A program made the translations under genes and the position numbers. From Rhizophagus irregularis (Eukaryota), in contig NC_089434.1 in the NCBI RefSeq assembly GCF_026210795.1, forward strand, positions 5,580,001 through 5,644,000: a DNA stretch of 64,000 nt, given 5' to 3'. Under the pieces are notes generated by a model, which saw nothing but the letters and a program-made list of their open reading frames with translations, ran no database searches and was not told the DNA's origin. Positions 1 to 14,500 of this stretch are shown here, in pieces; positions within the stretch are counted from its first letter, which is position 1; each line of letters starts with the position of its first letter.

Positions 1-158
1 TATCGAATAATTATGCTAAAGAATGAAGAATTTTGGCCAGGGCCCCGGCTAAAATTTCATCGCAAGGATCGCATTCTTGTTTTTAAGATCAAAATTCTCC
101 ATCACGAAGGTACCATTCTTAGAATCAAGTTTTCCTCTTGCAGAGTAACGCGTCCTCT

Positions 159-254
159 TCATGTTTTTTCAAATTCGGCATTCTCAGCCTCAAGCTCAGT
201 GGTACGCTGTCTCAATACTTCAAGCTCGGGTGGGTTCGCTTTGTTAACTAACAT
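159..254 (-). pseudogene. Relic of a coiled-coil gene (ELEVLRQRTTELEAENAE)
   Basis: Minus strand from ATG at 254 reads MLVNKANPPELEVLRQRTTELEAENAEFEKT*. It resembles the N-terminus of a repetitive Glomeromycotina family as I recall it; early stop. Confidence 0.4.
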
Positions 255-962
255 TGTGAAAATTTATGAAGGGAATTGTTCAATGTTATGTGACAAATGA
301 AAAGACTTGCTTTATTAATATACTATACATGCTTATTTTTTCTTTATCTTTTCTACACGGCGTTTCTTATTTGCGGTTCCTCACTATCCTTTAACAAGCA
401 TAACCCCTAAAATCATCTTCACGTTCTTGTACAAGTGTGTTGGGATAAAAATTTATTTCCGAGAAAGTAGTGATCGTTAATACGTTTTTATATCGCACAG
501 AAATTGCATCATTTCACGTGACCCGCTTTCTCGACTCTCCTACCTCTCGAACAGGAAATTTGCAATTATTTATTCTTTTACGATAGTATTCGATCAAGAA
601 AGGAAATTGGAAGATTCAGTATAGCAACCCGATGAAAAAGAAACGATCAGAAGAGCCACATTTCCCGTGATCTCAGATCCTTCGTGAAAGAATGCGGACA
701 TGCAAATCAATTAAAGAATTGGAATTTGACTAAGAAAAGAGTTATAAACAAGATATATAAATGTATGTATACCGATACAGTGTATTTCTGCAAATTCAAC
801 CATTTTAACTTACATAATTATTAGATTATTCGAATGAGATATGAGATTTGTAAAATCATCCAAACTTAAAAAGTTATTTATTTGTTGTACTGACTGCCAT
901 TGTGTAGCTACAATTTTTAATAGAAAAGAACATGTACAGTACGCTATCTCTTTTGAATAAAG

Positions 963-1877
963 ATGAAAAAGTCATACTTGTTATTGTGTCTTTTACTCAT
1001 AACCAATTTTTCAATAACGGTTTACGCACAGCAAGTAGAATTATATGATGCCACCAGCGATGCCATCGATTTTTTCATCACGGTCATGGTCCCACTGTTG
1101 GCAATATCACTCTTTGAAACAAAGAGACGAACAAAAAGAAATATATTCACTTTTCTCGACGATTTCATAATCTATTCCAGCTTCCTCATACCCGTCATAT
1201 ATTTCTATTTCTACAGTATCAGGACCGGTACAACCCACACACTGAATTTTGCAGTAGCTTGTGCCCTATTTTTTGCTCTTATTTTGATACTGTTTGAATT
1301 CTTACTTTTCATGAGGGAAGATTATTTTAGAAGATACAAGAGATTTTGTAGTATAATCTATGCATTCATTCTTTCTGTAAATGTATTTGAGCTAGGAATT
1401 ATTTTTAAGACCAACACAGTAGTGAAAAAATTAGATCCTTATGTTATGACTGCCATTTGTGATGGAGGTCGTGTCAGATGTAATCTTGCTACTGCTTTGC
1501 TCATAATAGCCGTCATTTCTTCGCTTCTACTTTTGCTTCTGCCAATATCCAAAGCGATCGGGCGTTGCTACCTCACTTCATTCTATGTAAAACTTTCTTC
1601 AACTTTATGTCATGCAGTGATAATAAGCATGGTAACACTAGTGACGGGGTGGACACTAAGTAATAGTGAATATGTGACGAAGATTGTATTGGCTATTGGT
1701 ACATTATCTATCACACGAATTATTAATCGTTTCAGGGATTTTGATACTAGCAAAGTAATAAACGTCCAAGGACAAGAAGAAATACCCAAAAGAATTTTGT
1801 TGTCGCATTTTTTGTTCGATTTTGATGACTTATCTAATGGGATCAAAGAAACAAAAGAACTCAAGCAAACGGTTTAA
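963..1877 (+). CDS. Intronless multi-pass membrane protein with predicted signal peptide (304 aa)
   Basis: Open 304-aa ORF. N-terminus MKKSYLLLCLLLITNFSITVYA is signal-like, followed by about 7 hydrophobic segments. No family recognised. Confidence 0.7.
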   Translation: MKKSYLLLCLLLITNFSITVYAQQVELYDATSDAIDFFITVMVPLLAISLFETKRRTKRNIFTFLDDFIIYSSFLIPVIYFYFYSIRTGTTHTLNFAVACALFFALILILFEFLLFMREDYFRRYKRFCSIIYAFILSVNVFELGIIFKTNTVVKKLDPYVMTAICDGGRVRCNLATALLIIAVISSLLLLLLPISKAIGRCYLTSFYVKLSSTLCHAVIISMVTLVTGWTLSNSEYVTKIVLAIGTLSITRIINRFRDFDTSKVINVQGQEEIPKRILLSHFLFDFDDLSNGIKETKELKQTV

Positions 1878-4393
1878 AAACTCTATTATTCTAATATGGA
1901 TTTGTAAATATTTTATCCCAATGAAAATAAATTATTTTGATTCTCTTATTATTTTTATAATTTTAATATGCCGAAATTATTTGCATAAAATTCTATCAGG
2001 TTCGCATAGTGAATTATCTATTCAAAGATGAGTTCATGGTCCTCACTCCTCAGCATTAAATTTTCATCCAATTCGTTTCCATATCGTAGAGTTGCTAAAA
2101 ATAGGATCTGTCTATGTTTCTAAACTTCAGTGATGATACCAAGCTTAACATGAAGATTGATCAAATGACGCCAAAGATTCTAAATCACTATCCAATAAAG
2201 AGTGAGGCGAAATAACATCTGAAACTCATTTAAGGCCATATATCACGCGATATCATTCGCATTTTAGCTCTAGGTCTTTATTCATAATATCATATTTGTC
2301 GCATCATTTGCAAAAATCCAGTCTTTTAATGATCAATCTCCCAATTTATTCATCTATTGCTAACTGAATTTTGAATTTGTGACGAATGGCCTCTATATTA
2401 CGAGTTCTCAAATAAAAAGGTCCTAATATCACTTGATTGCCAAAAGAATTAATCAACAGCATTCATTCTGGCACTGTTTGATAGCTATAAACTTTCACGA
2501 TCACGAGTGGGAACGCGTTCAGAAAGTATAAAAACTCGATCATCCTCTTTTCCTATCTTTCTCAATAAATTAATTTTCACAAATCTCTTATTATCCTTTT
2601 GACTCATTTGATTATGATTATGGGTTCATAAGCACCCGTTTCTGTATCCGTCAGACATTAAACATTCTTAATCGATTCCGGATACGTGGCATATTTGTCA
2701 ATAACCTATCAAAAACCAGTTGCGATTTTAGAATATGTTCATACATTACTATTGTTCCATTTGGACTTTCGCGACTTATAATACAATTACCTGCCCTGCT
2801 GGAAATCAAAACAAGGAACTGTTGAACAAAGAAATCAGCGAACTTAAGTCTTTAAACCCGGGAATACACCTAGAGTTAAAGCTTTACTTCGAGAAATTTC
2901 TATGAAATGATCACACAAAGACACTAGAAAATATAATTCCAAGGTAAGAAATGAAACTCACTCGTTTGAGGTGTTACTAATAATGTAAAAAGGCATAATG
3001 GCATATAATCCCTCCTTTGTAAAATGAAGAACAGAACCTCTCAATACATAAATACATAACTAACTATTTTGACCAGGACACAACTTTAAACTTTGAGGCA
3101 AATGTATCGTTCTTATCAATCTTATGAGACTAACTCCGAAAACATCTCGCAACGCGTAACTTATTTTTAGATCATCACAGGTGACACACTCACACTCCAC
3201 AATTTTAACCATATGACTTTGTCAGAAAATTACATACTGTACATATTTTCTTCGGAATCCTGCGCTAGTCTGAAATGGTGCGATTTGCAACTAGATGCAA
3301 ACCTTTGTATAGATGCAGGTAAGATCAGTAAAGTATTAGTGTAAAGAATTCTATTATCAGATAATTGTAATACTGATAATAGTGGTATTAAAGTTGCTTG
3401 TTTAAATTCCTTTAAAATCTTATGATTAATTTTGCAAAATAGTTTTAATATAGAATTTCTCTAGTTATACCATTATTAATATAATTTGATAGTTTTAGCA
3501 TTCAATTAATTTGATAACTTGTTAAACCCTCCTAGTTTTTTAGCAATCTTACTGGTAATAGTAAATAAAAAAGTAATAAAAATAGTTTTAAAATTCAAAA
3601 AACTATATATAATAGTTTTTTTTTTTTAATATTAAATCATGTACTTAAATATTATATTACAAATAAAATTAAAAATATAAGTAAACCAAAATAAAATACT
3701 ATAAACTAGAAATAAAATAAAAATAAAATAAAAAATAAAGATAATAATAATTTAAATAAAATTATAAATAAAAAATAAAATTTAAATAAAAATATAGAAT
3801 TTCAGATTTTGATAAAATATAGCTTTACTATAAAAATTAATTTCAAAACCATCTATATTAAATACCTATTATGGGTCACGTTTAACTCACTGACAATTAC
3901 TTCACCGACAATCATTTCACCGACAAACGTTTCACCGACAGGGTTATTTCATCAACAAACGTTTCACTGACATATATATATAATTTTTTTTTTTTTTTTT
4001 AATAACACGAAATACTGTATATATAAAATTAAATATAAAATTTTATAAAATATTTACATATATCTTTATAACTTTTGTATGAAATAGGGGGAATTTTTTT
4101 TTGTTAGTAACATGTGTTTCTTTGTTAGATTTAATACAAAAAAGCTACTATTAATAACCTGAACAAAGAAAACTTTTTAATATTATCTTTATTTAGTAAT
4201 TATTAATATGTACATAGTCACAATTTTTTATTACCGTAGACTTTTATCCAATATTGATAAACTTTTTATCCATCTTTTTAAATAAAAATCATCCGTGAGA
4301 ATATCAAAAAAAATTATTATTGTTATTAGGAAGTATAATATAAAATTAACCTTTTTTTTTATTCTCACTAAATTTTCTTCTTTTATTAAAGAA

Positions 4394-6940
4394 ATGGATA
4401 TTTGCGAGATTATTCCTTCTATTCGTAATAAACATAAAATTAATGTTCCATGGCAGGTTATGGTCAAAGACAAAAACAGAAATTATATGTACTATTGGTA
4501 TTGTGAAAAGCGAGATATGTTAAACTGCAAAGGACGAGTAACAACAATTTTAACTGAAGATCAGCATCATCTTGTAAAAGCTACTGACCATAATCATGCC
4601 GCTAAAGCCAACTAAGTTAAAGTTATAAAAGCTATCAAATTATTAAAAGAGAGGTTTCAACAATCAAATGACAATCCCGTATAGGTTATCCAATCTATTG
4701 TAGCTGGCACTTCGCAAGATGTCTACCCGTATCTTCTATCACGTGATGCTTTTCGTCAGACGGTTAAACAAATTCGACATATTAATTATCCAATAGAACC
4801 ACAATCATTAGATCAACTTATCATACCCAAAAATATGCGAAAAACCTTAAATGGTTCAGATTTCTTAATTAAGGATTTAACCGTATGTGAAGAAAAAGTA
4901 TTGATTTTTACTACTACTTCTAATATTAAATATTTAGCACAATTAAACTTTTGGCTCGCAGATAGAACTTTCAAAACGGTTTCAACAATTTTTAGACAAT
5001 TATATACAATACATGGAAGTATTAGAAGCAATGAAAATTCACAAATAATGCCGCTGGTATATGCTTTAATGTTAAATAAATCTGAAGTAGCTTATAGAGC
5101 TTTATTTCAAGAATTAATTGACTTCAGCTATGAACATGATGTTGATCTACAGCTTCAGTTTATTATAACCGATTTTGAAATTATTGCGATTAATGCCATA
5201 CGTGCTGAATTTCAAGGAGTTCAAAATAAAGGTTACCACTTTCATTTATCGCAGAATATTTATCGCAAAGTGCAAGAACTTGGCCTTACAGTTCAGTATG
5301 GAACTGACAAAACTTTCAGTTTACTCATTCACCACATTCCTGCTTTGGCTTTTTTACCTCATAACAATATACCTTCAGCATTTGATGAACTAAGAGCCAT
5401 CATGCCAGAAGAAGCCAATAGTATCATGGAATTGTTCGAAATCTATTACATCCATGGTAGTAGTGCCTCGACCCGTATCCGGATCAATCCGGATTGATCC
5501 GGATTTTTTTTTTTTTCGGATATCCGGATTTTCACGGTTTTCATCCGGATTATAAACCGGATGAAAAATATCCGGTTTGACCCGGAATCCGGATGAAATT
5601 TTTATTATTTTTTTTTTTATTAATAATAATTTTGCTGATCCATAAAGATCTATATCTAAATGATATTATGGCTAATTATTTTTGCGCCTAATACCAATTT
5701 TTTTATTAAAATTTATTAAATTTATATTTGTCATATTAAACTTTTTAATACAGTAAGTTTAAGAAGATTTTTCAATTATAATTTATTTATTGAAGTTTGT
5801 ATCAGATTTGTTTATTTAAATTTATACATTAACAAATAACAAATAATTTTAGATTTCACATTCAAACATTCAAAAGAAAAAAAACTTTATATTATTTTTG
5901 TTACAACAAAATAATAATTATTGTTTTAAATGAAAAATTGTTCAATATTATAAATTTATATAATTATAACAACTTTTTTTAAAAATTAAAACTAGTGTTA
6001 TATAATTTGATTCAAATGATTCTTTAATTTTGAAAGAAGAAACAAATCCTTAAAAAATTGCCTTACTAACCCAACACATCTATTTATAGTAATCTTTAGC
6101 TGTATATAAAAATATCTTGTTTAAAATTTCATAATTAGTTAATTTACAAAGAAATGTTAAACAATAGTCTGAGACAATGCTGAAATAATATGAAATTGGT
6201 TTGAAGAAAAGTATTTAATGAAATTGGAATTATGTAAATTTCGTGGTCTTGGATAATTTTGGCCAAATTTGTAATTCTGGCCGAAATTAACATCACGTGA
6301 TACCGAAAAAATAGTTTAGCCACCGGGCAAAAAATTTTTTATCGGCTGGCATGAAAATTTAATGTTACACAATTTGTAATTCTGGCCGGCGTTATGAATT
6401 CTGGCCAGAATTATTGCCGATCATTTGTAAATCCAATCCGGTTTCCGGTTTCTATCCGGATTATCTGATCCGGATTCAAAATCCGGGTCAATCCGGATAT
6501 AATCCGGATTTTTTTTTTGTGTAATCCGGATGACGGTTTTCATCCGGGTCGAAGCACTACATGGTAGGATATGACGAACAACAAGAAGTGGGAATATAAT
6601 CTGCTTTGATCCATTATTCCCACCCTCAATCTGGTCAGTCACAAACAATATTGAGTACACTTTTCCTAGAATCCAGAATGTCGCCGAAGCATGGCATAGG
6701 AGATGGAATACATTGGTAGGTCATGCACATATAGGTATCTTCAAAATAATAAAAGAAATACAGTATGAACAAAATCAAGTTGAAAATAATATCGAGGTAA
6801 TTTTGCAAGGAGTCCCATGCCCTTTACAAAAGAAAAAGGATCAGGAATGAGAAATTTGAATTCAAACAGTTTATAATGACCGGGATAATAGAGAAGTTAT
6901 TGATTTCCTTAGGGGAATAGCACATAATTTATCATTTTAG
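4394..6940 (+). pseudogene. FLYWCH + MULE transposase, with stops and an inserted element
   Basis: YYWYCEKR..CKGRVTT..HNH (FLYWCH); WLADRTFK, QLYTIHG, ITDFE, YHFHLSQ (MULE core). After removing 5461-6567 the frame continues YIHGRI*..LFPPSIWSV..PRIQNVAEAWHRRW..LRGIAHNLSF*. Confidence 0.9.
5461..6559. mobile_element. Non-autonomous hAT-type element nested in the MULE transposase
   Basis: TIRs TAGTGCCTCGACCCG / CGGGTCGAAGCACTA, exact 8-bp TSD CATGGTAG (5453-5460, 6560-6567), dense subterminal ATCCGG motifs at both ends, non-coding interior. Confidence 0.9.
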
Positions 6941-7289
6941 CTTGATTTTAATTGTTTTAAATAAATGTATTAAATGTATTAATGTAATAAGTAACAGCAA
7001 CTATACTAAATTACAAGGGAAATGTAAAAAATATACAATAAAATGGTACCCAATAAAACACAATACGAATCCATTTGAAATGTTTATAAAATAAATAGCT
7101 TTATCAGTGAAATGATTGTTGGTGAAACGTTTGTCAGTGAGATAACCCTGTCGGTGAAACGTTTGTCAGTGAAATGTTTGTCGGCAAAATGATTGTTGGC
7201 GAAATGAACCAGGCCCCCTATTATATATAATTTTATAGTACCTTATTTCATTTTTAAAAATTGGCTATCAATTACTATTCAATTTCTAA

Positions 7290-8462
7290 TTTTAAAAAAA
7301 ATTATATATTTGAAATATCTTAATATTTCTAACTAAACTAAAAGGATACATAACAATTACTTTTATGAAATAGAAAATTTTTTGTCCATATAACAGATTC
7401 TAATCAAGAGTTATCTATTCCCTTCATATATTTAATATTAAAGAATTTTTTTCTAAAAAAAAGATATAGAGAACTCAAGTTTATTGTTAAGTCAGAAAAA
7501 ACTATACTAACAATTAATACTCTCTTTTTAAAAATATTTGTTAATGAATTTTATAGAATTATTTGGCAATTACGTTGCAATTTAGTAATAAAATGAAAAT
7601 GCACAAAAGGAATTAAGAAGCAAGATTTAAGAAAGAAGATACCAGCACATCAATATATTGCATATGAATAAATTCTAATTCAACAAATAGAAGGTGATAC
7701 ATATGATTTAAAGAGAAGAAAAATTCTTAAACATAATAAACAATAGTCAATTGCTTTTGGAAAAACAAGACAATATATAAATCAGTTTATTAGAGAAAAA
7801 AATAGGATGATTTGGAAGATATATAATGATATTAAAATGTATAAATACAAAAATAATTTTTTTTTGTTTAGAAGGTAGTAAAAGCATATACTGAAGCCAT
7901 ATAAAATAATAATTCTATATAATTTGATAGCTACTATAGGAAGATATAGATGAATTTTATATTGGTGATAGTAGATTTAAATACAATACAAAAATTGTTA
8001 AAACAGATAATTAGAAAAATTATTTTAGATTTTAAAATATTGATTTAGGAATATAGAAATGAATTACAGTTAAGAAAAGAAAAAAGATATAATATTAGTA
8101 ATACAGACAAAAAAATGAAGTCGAATAGTAAAAAGTGTAATAGAAAGTACATTATAATAGAACACTTTAGTAAAACTAATTAAAACAAATGAAATAATTT
8201 AGCATTTTATTGGAAAGGTTATTGGGCAAATTTTTAAGTAGATCTTGATAGTTATCTAAATTTTGATTGTATTATTATTTATAATAGTAATATAATATCT
8301 AGGTAATAAGTTAACTTTTTCTTTGAAAAAGTAGTCTTTTTTCATAATGCTTAATTTTTATATGTATTATGTTTTTCTTATTTTTATAAATTTAGTATAT
8401 GTAAGTAAATATAGTTATATTAAGATAAAATCGCATCTATATAAATTAATAAAAAAAAAAAA
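7290..8462 (+). mobile_element. Degraded 3' fragments of non-LTR retrotransposons (probably two)
   Basis: Decayed frames FVNEFYRIIWQLRCN..GIKKQDLRKK and KIILDFKILI*EYRNELQLRKEK resemble LINE ORF2 C-termini; T-rich 3'UTR-like stretch ending in an A-run at about 8451-8462. Confidence 0.45.
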
Positions 8463-9299
8463 TCAAAATCTGAAATCCAAAATTATCTTCTATATTAATA
8501 AACAACTTAATTTATTCAATAACTAAAATTATATTTGAAATTATTTAAATCATTTAACCTAAAATATATTAAAAATTGTATATAATAATTATTTTTTTTT
8601 TATATAAAAAATATTTCAAATCTAAAATTCTTACTAAAATTATATTTTTTTAAAATCCAATTTAAGAGCCATTTATGTATAGTATTTAAATTATATATGG
8701 GCCAGTGCAAAAAGATTCGTACCTCACTAAAAATAGATAAGATTTACATTAAGGTCAAATATTGCACAATAAAATATAACAGTCTGAAATTCATATATTT
8801 GATAAATAATACTTGATTTTAAATTTTTTTTCTTATACCATCCTTTTTTCTTTTTTAAAATAAAATAGAATACTTTTAAAATATAAAAAAAAATAGTAAT
8901 AATTAATGATTGCAATTACATTTTTTAAATTAATTTTATAAAGATAAGCCATCTGATGTTCTCATATTCATATTATACAAGTAAACTGCTGAAGTATTGG
9001 AAATTACTAAAAGTACAATTAAAATTATGATATCAAATTAAAATAAGGTATAGCAGCAATATATTTATGTTAAAACTTTACATATAAAATGTAAATAAAT
9101 AATAAACTGCCTAATATTTTTGCTGAAACTTGGAGTTTACAATCGATATTGATTAGATATTGCAATGATATCATTATGATATCATTACGATATTTTGATA
9201 AAAAATAGATTCGACATCGTTAAGTTAGTCGTAACTGTATTTATTCGATATTGATTAGTTCGATATCTCTGCGATATCGCTGCGATCATTATGCGATGT

Positions 9300-10250
9300 A
9301 AATATTATCACGTAACCACATCGTAGTGATGTCGTATTAACATTGAATTAATATTACAAAAATATTTGACATTTATTTGATATCGTAACCACATCGTAAT
9401 GATGTCATATTAATATTGAATTAATATTACAAAATATTTGACATTTTATTTGATATCGTAACCATGTCGTAGTGATATTGTATTAACATTGAATTAATAT
9501 TACAAAATATTTGACATTTTATTTGATATTGTAACCACATCGTAGTAGGACCCCGGATATCTCCAAAACAGGTCATAAGTCACACTTTCGGCAGATTGGC
9601 CCATTTTTCAGGGGCTCAAAAAATCGTTTTTTGTAAATATCTCGGCATCCAGTGGTCCAATTTTGATGAACTTTTTTTTAAATTGTAGAGCTAAATGAGG
9701 GCTACAAAATAAAAAAAAGTTCATTAAAATTGAATTACTGGATGCTGAGATATTTACAAAAAACGATTTTTTGAGTTTCAGCAAAAAGGGGTGTTTTTGG
9801 CCAAAAGTCCATTATGACCTTTATATTAGATATCCGGGGTCCTATCGTAGTGATATCATATTAACATCAAATTAATATTGCAAAAATATTTTACATCTAT
9901 TTTATATCGTAACCACATCATAGTGATGTCGTATTAACATTGAATTAATATTACAAAATATTTGACATTTTATTTGATATCGTAACCACATCGTAGTGAT
10001 ATCATATTAACATCGAATTAATATTGCAAAAATATTTTACATCTGTTTGATATCGTAGCCACATCGTAGTGATGTCGTATTAACATTGAATTAATATTAC
10101 AATTTTATTTGATATCGTAACTACATCATAATAATATCATATTAATATCGAATTAATATTACAAAAAATGTTTTACATTTATTTAATATCGTAACTACAT
10201 CGTAATGATATTATATCAACACTGAATTAACATCACAAAAATATTTTTAT
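9300..10250. repeat. Left subterminal tandem array, ~73-bp unit, ~9 copies
   Basis: GATATCGTAACCACATCGTAGTGATGTCGTATTAACATTGAATTAATATTACAAAATATTTGACATTTTATTT recurs at 9379, 9452, 9525 and onward; split by a MITE. Confidence 0.9.
9547..9843. mobile_element. 297-bp MITE with internal hairpin
   Basis: TIR AGGACCCCGGATATCT / AGATATCCGGGGTCCT; TSD ATCGTAGT (9539-9546, 9844-9851), or 6 bp if the ends are TAGG..CCTA; internal ~65-bp-arm palindrome at about 9615-9775. Confidence 0.9.
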
Positions 10251-10774
10251 TGTAATATATGTTTATTATTTATTATACATTAATAATAATAATTTTTTAT
10301 TAGTGGATTATTATAGGTGAGTGGAGTACGTTTCTTTTCTTCCTTTTTTTTTATTCTTTTCTTCTCTTTTTTATTCTTTTCTTTTCGTATGTGAGTGGAT
10401 GGATACGTTATTTTCAATTTTAAAATATATATATATATATAAAAAAAACAATCATGATTAATAAAATGTATTCTTTGTAAAATATATTTAAAATTTAATA
10501 CATAATCTTGGGATAATAGTTAGAGCAGGTAATTCTGGGATTTTGTAAAGAATAATAAAAATGATAATATTTTTAAGTTAGTTCTTTCTTTAAATTTTTT
10601 TGAGAGTGTTTTGTTTCTTAAAATCATAATATTGTAAAAAAATGCTGGTTGCTACGACTGACGGACAACGACAAATTGTCAGGCTACCCCCGGACAAAGT
10701 AATTGGAAGGCAGAAAATGCCATAAATATCCAGCCCTATTTTACAACATTTTCTTCCAGGCTAAAGCAAATATT

Positions 10775-10950
10775 ACAAAAGAAATTGCAAATATATTTAA
10801 CAAGCAATAGATACATGGCCATTGAAAAATATATTCACACTTCATATTGTAATACCACAGTCTAACAAAGAAATTGCAAATATATTTAACAAGCAATAGA
10901 TACATGGCCATTGAAAAATATATTCACATTTATACCACAGTCTAACAAAA
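10775..10950. repeat. Direct duplication, ~90-bp period, 2 copies
   Basis: AAAGAAATTGCAAATATATTTAACAAGCAATAGATACATGGCCATTGAAAAATATATTCACA occurs twice. Confidence 0.85.
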
Positions 10951-11537
10951 AAATACTCAAACCACAACATATTGTAAAAAAAATATGAAAAATACGCGTA
11001 TATCCTATTTTCATACCTTGCTTAACAGCTCCACTATTTATTTAAAAAATGGCTTTTTTCTCTTTTGTATGTGGTTAAGTGGGTACATTTTTCCTTTCTT
11101 TTATTCTTTTCTTTCGTATGTGAGTGGTGGGTACATTTTCTTTTCTTTATTCTTTTTTTATTCTTGCTTTTCGTATGTGGGTGTTTTACTATGTTGAATA
11201 TATAAACTAAAGTGTCCCAAAGTATTGTTAATATTGTAAAAAGATAATTAAAGTATACTTTAAAAAGAGAAAAGAAGAGATGAACAAAATACCGTAAAGT
11301 GTTAATATAAAAGACAAAAGAAAAGTGTATTTTTGAAAATAAACAAAAAAAATCTCATTAATAAACGCGAATTTTAGCTATTTTTAGATATCACATGCAT
11401 GTAATTAAAGTGATTTTAATTGGTTAATTTTAATTTATTATTACATCATGCATATGATTTTATTGGTTAATTTTAACCAAAATTTTATACGATACAAATT
11501 AAATAATTATTTTATTATATTTATATAATTAATATAA

Positions 11538-14500
11538 TTATATGGCTGTAAAATAAAAATTATTTTTTATCCAAATTCTATTTGTAGTATCATGATTTGG
11601 TAGTTGGCACCTTTCTGAATTACAATTATGAATAAAGTGTACTTTTTGAACATTATCTATTACAGTAATTGGAAAAATACGTCTCCATTTATCTCCTGTT
11701 GCTTGAAGACGGTAAAGTGGACATTTTAATACTGAATGTTCAACCATAGTATCTTCAAACCAATCTACAACAATAAATGCATAATATTTGTTATTATTAC
11801 CCTTATGTTGAAAGATACCTTTAATTATTGCATAAGATTCTTCATGATCTTCTTCATAAATTATGATAAAATCATTGAGATGTAGGTGAACTTTTGAAAG
11901 GATACCATTTTCTTCTTCAATCATATATGATGCAAATTTGTACCAACTAATTGAAGAATTTATAAGTGCCGCCTCAAACTTCATATCCACATAAGATAAA
12001 AACAATTCAATTTTAAAATTATGCAAAGTCAAGAGAAGTTTATCATGTTCCTGCTTTGACATTCTTTTTTTTAAGGAAATATTGGAAATAAAATTTACTG
12101 GTGAAGTAACTAAATTAAAAGATTAGTAAATATTATGCATATGTGAAAAAATAAATATGAAGTACTATAATATTTTGCTATCTTACCTTTTACGTCATCA
12201 TTTTGAATTTGTTCCTCAATTAAATATTTATCTTCTGTAACATACCAATTCGAAAATAATTGATCAAAATTTGAACTTGTGAACCCAGTACAAGATCTAT
12301 TTAATCTTGGATCTATACCTCCATCTGCTAAATGTCGAATTGCAAATAAAGTATTGTAACATTTTAATAAATCCAGGTCTATAGTTTTGCAATTAGTTTT
12401 TGGTATCATTCCTTTAAAGATACGATGAACCATCTCTTTTATACCAACCTGAGAGTTGACAAGTGTACCAAAAGTTTTAGCATGCATCAAAAGATGCATA
12501 TTAATATGTATATTTAGTAAGTTAACAAAACTTGCAAAAACCTATAAAAAAACAAAATATTGTTAATTATTGAATTATTCCATGTTCTGAATTTCAAATT
12601 TATAATTATACCTTTGGAAGAATTAAAAACTCTTCTTTAAGACATAGCTGTAATTTTTCATAGCTATCTAACGTAAATTCCTTATTAAAAACTGCTTTCA
12701 TAGTCTTTGCAACTTGTACCCAACAAGATATAATAGCTTTTAGCACTAAGCTAATTCGAGCCACATCAATCCTTTGTCGAATAGTGGCTGCTTCATTATT
12801 TTTGAGGCTTGATTCCTTTAAAAATCGATTTAATAAAAATGGCATAATCATAGCTAGTTTAAGAAGATCAGACATCATAAAGCTATTGTAATGACTAATT
12901 GGATTTGGTAGACGAGACCACTTTTTTGGAATTTCAAAATTTTTCCAAATTTTAACAAAATCATCCTCTCCTTCTTGTGAAAATAATTCACAGGTTAGTT
13001 TTAGTAACCGCCCAATCTTTCCTGCGGTGGCATGATAAATATCCTGTGGCGTCTGTAAATGTCTCTCACGTTTTAATTTATCCAAAATACTAGGTAATGA
13101 TCTTAAACCATATTCTATACAAAGTTGTCCTCTTTTTGAACTTACAGATTCTTGAGAAATTTTTGAAATTTCTTCATCTGTGATATGATGATAACGTAAT
13201 GTTGCACACTATCCTGATTATAGGTACTCAATGATTCCTTTTTAGTTGTACAAGTACGGCAACCTTTATTTGCATTATGTCTAAATTGATTTTTAAATTT
13301 AAATCATTTTAATAGTTGTTACGAAAATATATTATTAAGATTAATAATTAAATTGAAAAATACCTCAGTACTCCTGCCATATCATTACCTTGAGGTAGAT
13401 CTGCTGTAACAAGGCCCAACCCAGCAATAACCCATGCATCTTGTCCTTGAACAGTCATAATCTTTCCTTTCTCAAATTTTTTTATTTCTGAAACAAATGG
13501 TACCATAAACTCGTTAAAATTTCCACCAAAAGGAATAAATCCAAGAACAAAATGGTTCTTGATTAGCTTTCTCTGATGCGTTGGCATGTTACCAAACTGT
13601 ATATAGACGCCACCTAAGGAATGGTATACATTTCTAAATGTACCAAAATCATCATAGTAAAGATCTAAAAACAGCTTATAAACTGGCATAGACGACAGTG
13701 GATTTCTGACAGAAATGTAATCTGAAGGATGTTGGTATGAAAGCTTTGCATCACGAACGTGCCAACGGTCATTACATTTATAAATTATTTCAGTAATTCG
13801 TAATGAACCTTCTGGAATAATTTGGTGTTTATACGTCATCATTATAGTTACTTTCTCTAAAATTTGAGAGGTAATTATGGTTATAAATGGTTCATCCTGA
13901 AACCATACTTCCCCAGTTAGAGAACGACGTCATCTTGATAGCCCTTTTATATTTCCAGGTAAATCATCATAATTTAAAATTAGTTGAACTCGTAACTCAT
14001 AGTTTCCATTTTCATCTTTTAAAATTGCTCTCAACCTTCCAAGTTTTTTAAGACCATTATCATGATAGTAGACAAAATCACCAGATTGATATATTACTAT
14101 TTTATTAAAATAAATATTTTAATGTTAACAAATCATAATTATACCAAAGTATATTGTTCTATTACCTTCTGATATTATTATTTCATGTTGTCCAAAAAGT
14201 GGTGATTCTCCCCATAAAGTTTCATGCCAATATTCTGACTTTGTTTCAAAATTAACACCAGGTCCGAAATACATATGCTTCATCAGCATTGGATTGTTGA
14301 GAACACGCCATATAATATCACTAATTGAGAGTTGATATAAAAGCTTCGAATCTCGCGAAGTTGACGTAGTTTTTTTTGGTAAAATTTGAATAGGCTTTGT
14401 TATTATTGGTAGGAGAGGAAGACGTTTTCTCCATGATTGGAATCTATGGATATTTTTTACTACATGAGTAGGTTCGAATTGAGGATTGTGAATGATATCA

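Larger units (their letters stand above)
3873..7216 (+). mobile_element. Mutator-like (MULE) DNA transposon, degenerate
   Basis: Imperfect ~100-bp TIRs built of TTTCACCGACA repeats (3873-3972 vs 7103-7216), termini GGG...CCC, flanked by direct repeat CCTATTAT (3865-3872 and 7217-7224). Encloses a FLYWCH-MULE transposase. Confidence 0.9.

Noticed and set aside
2030..3300. Coding-like relic downstream of the membrane protein
   Set aside because: No continuous frame or motif that I can assign to a family.
9300..10250. Regular repeat array resembling CRISPR
   Set aside because: Units are contiguous tandem copies with no unique spacers, no cas genes, eukaryotic context; these are subterminal transposon repeats.
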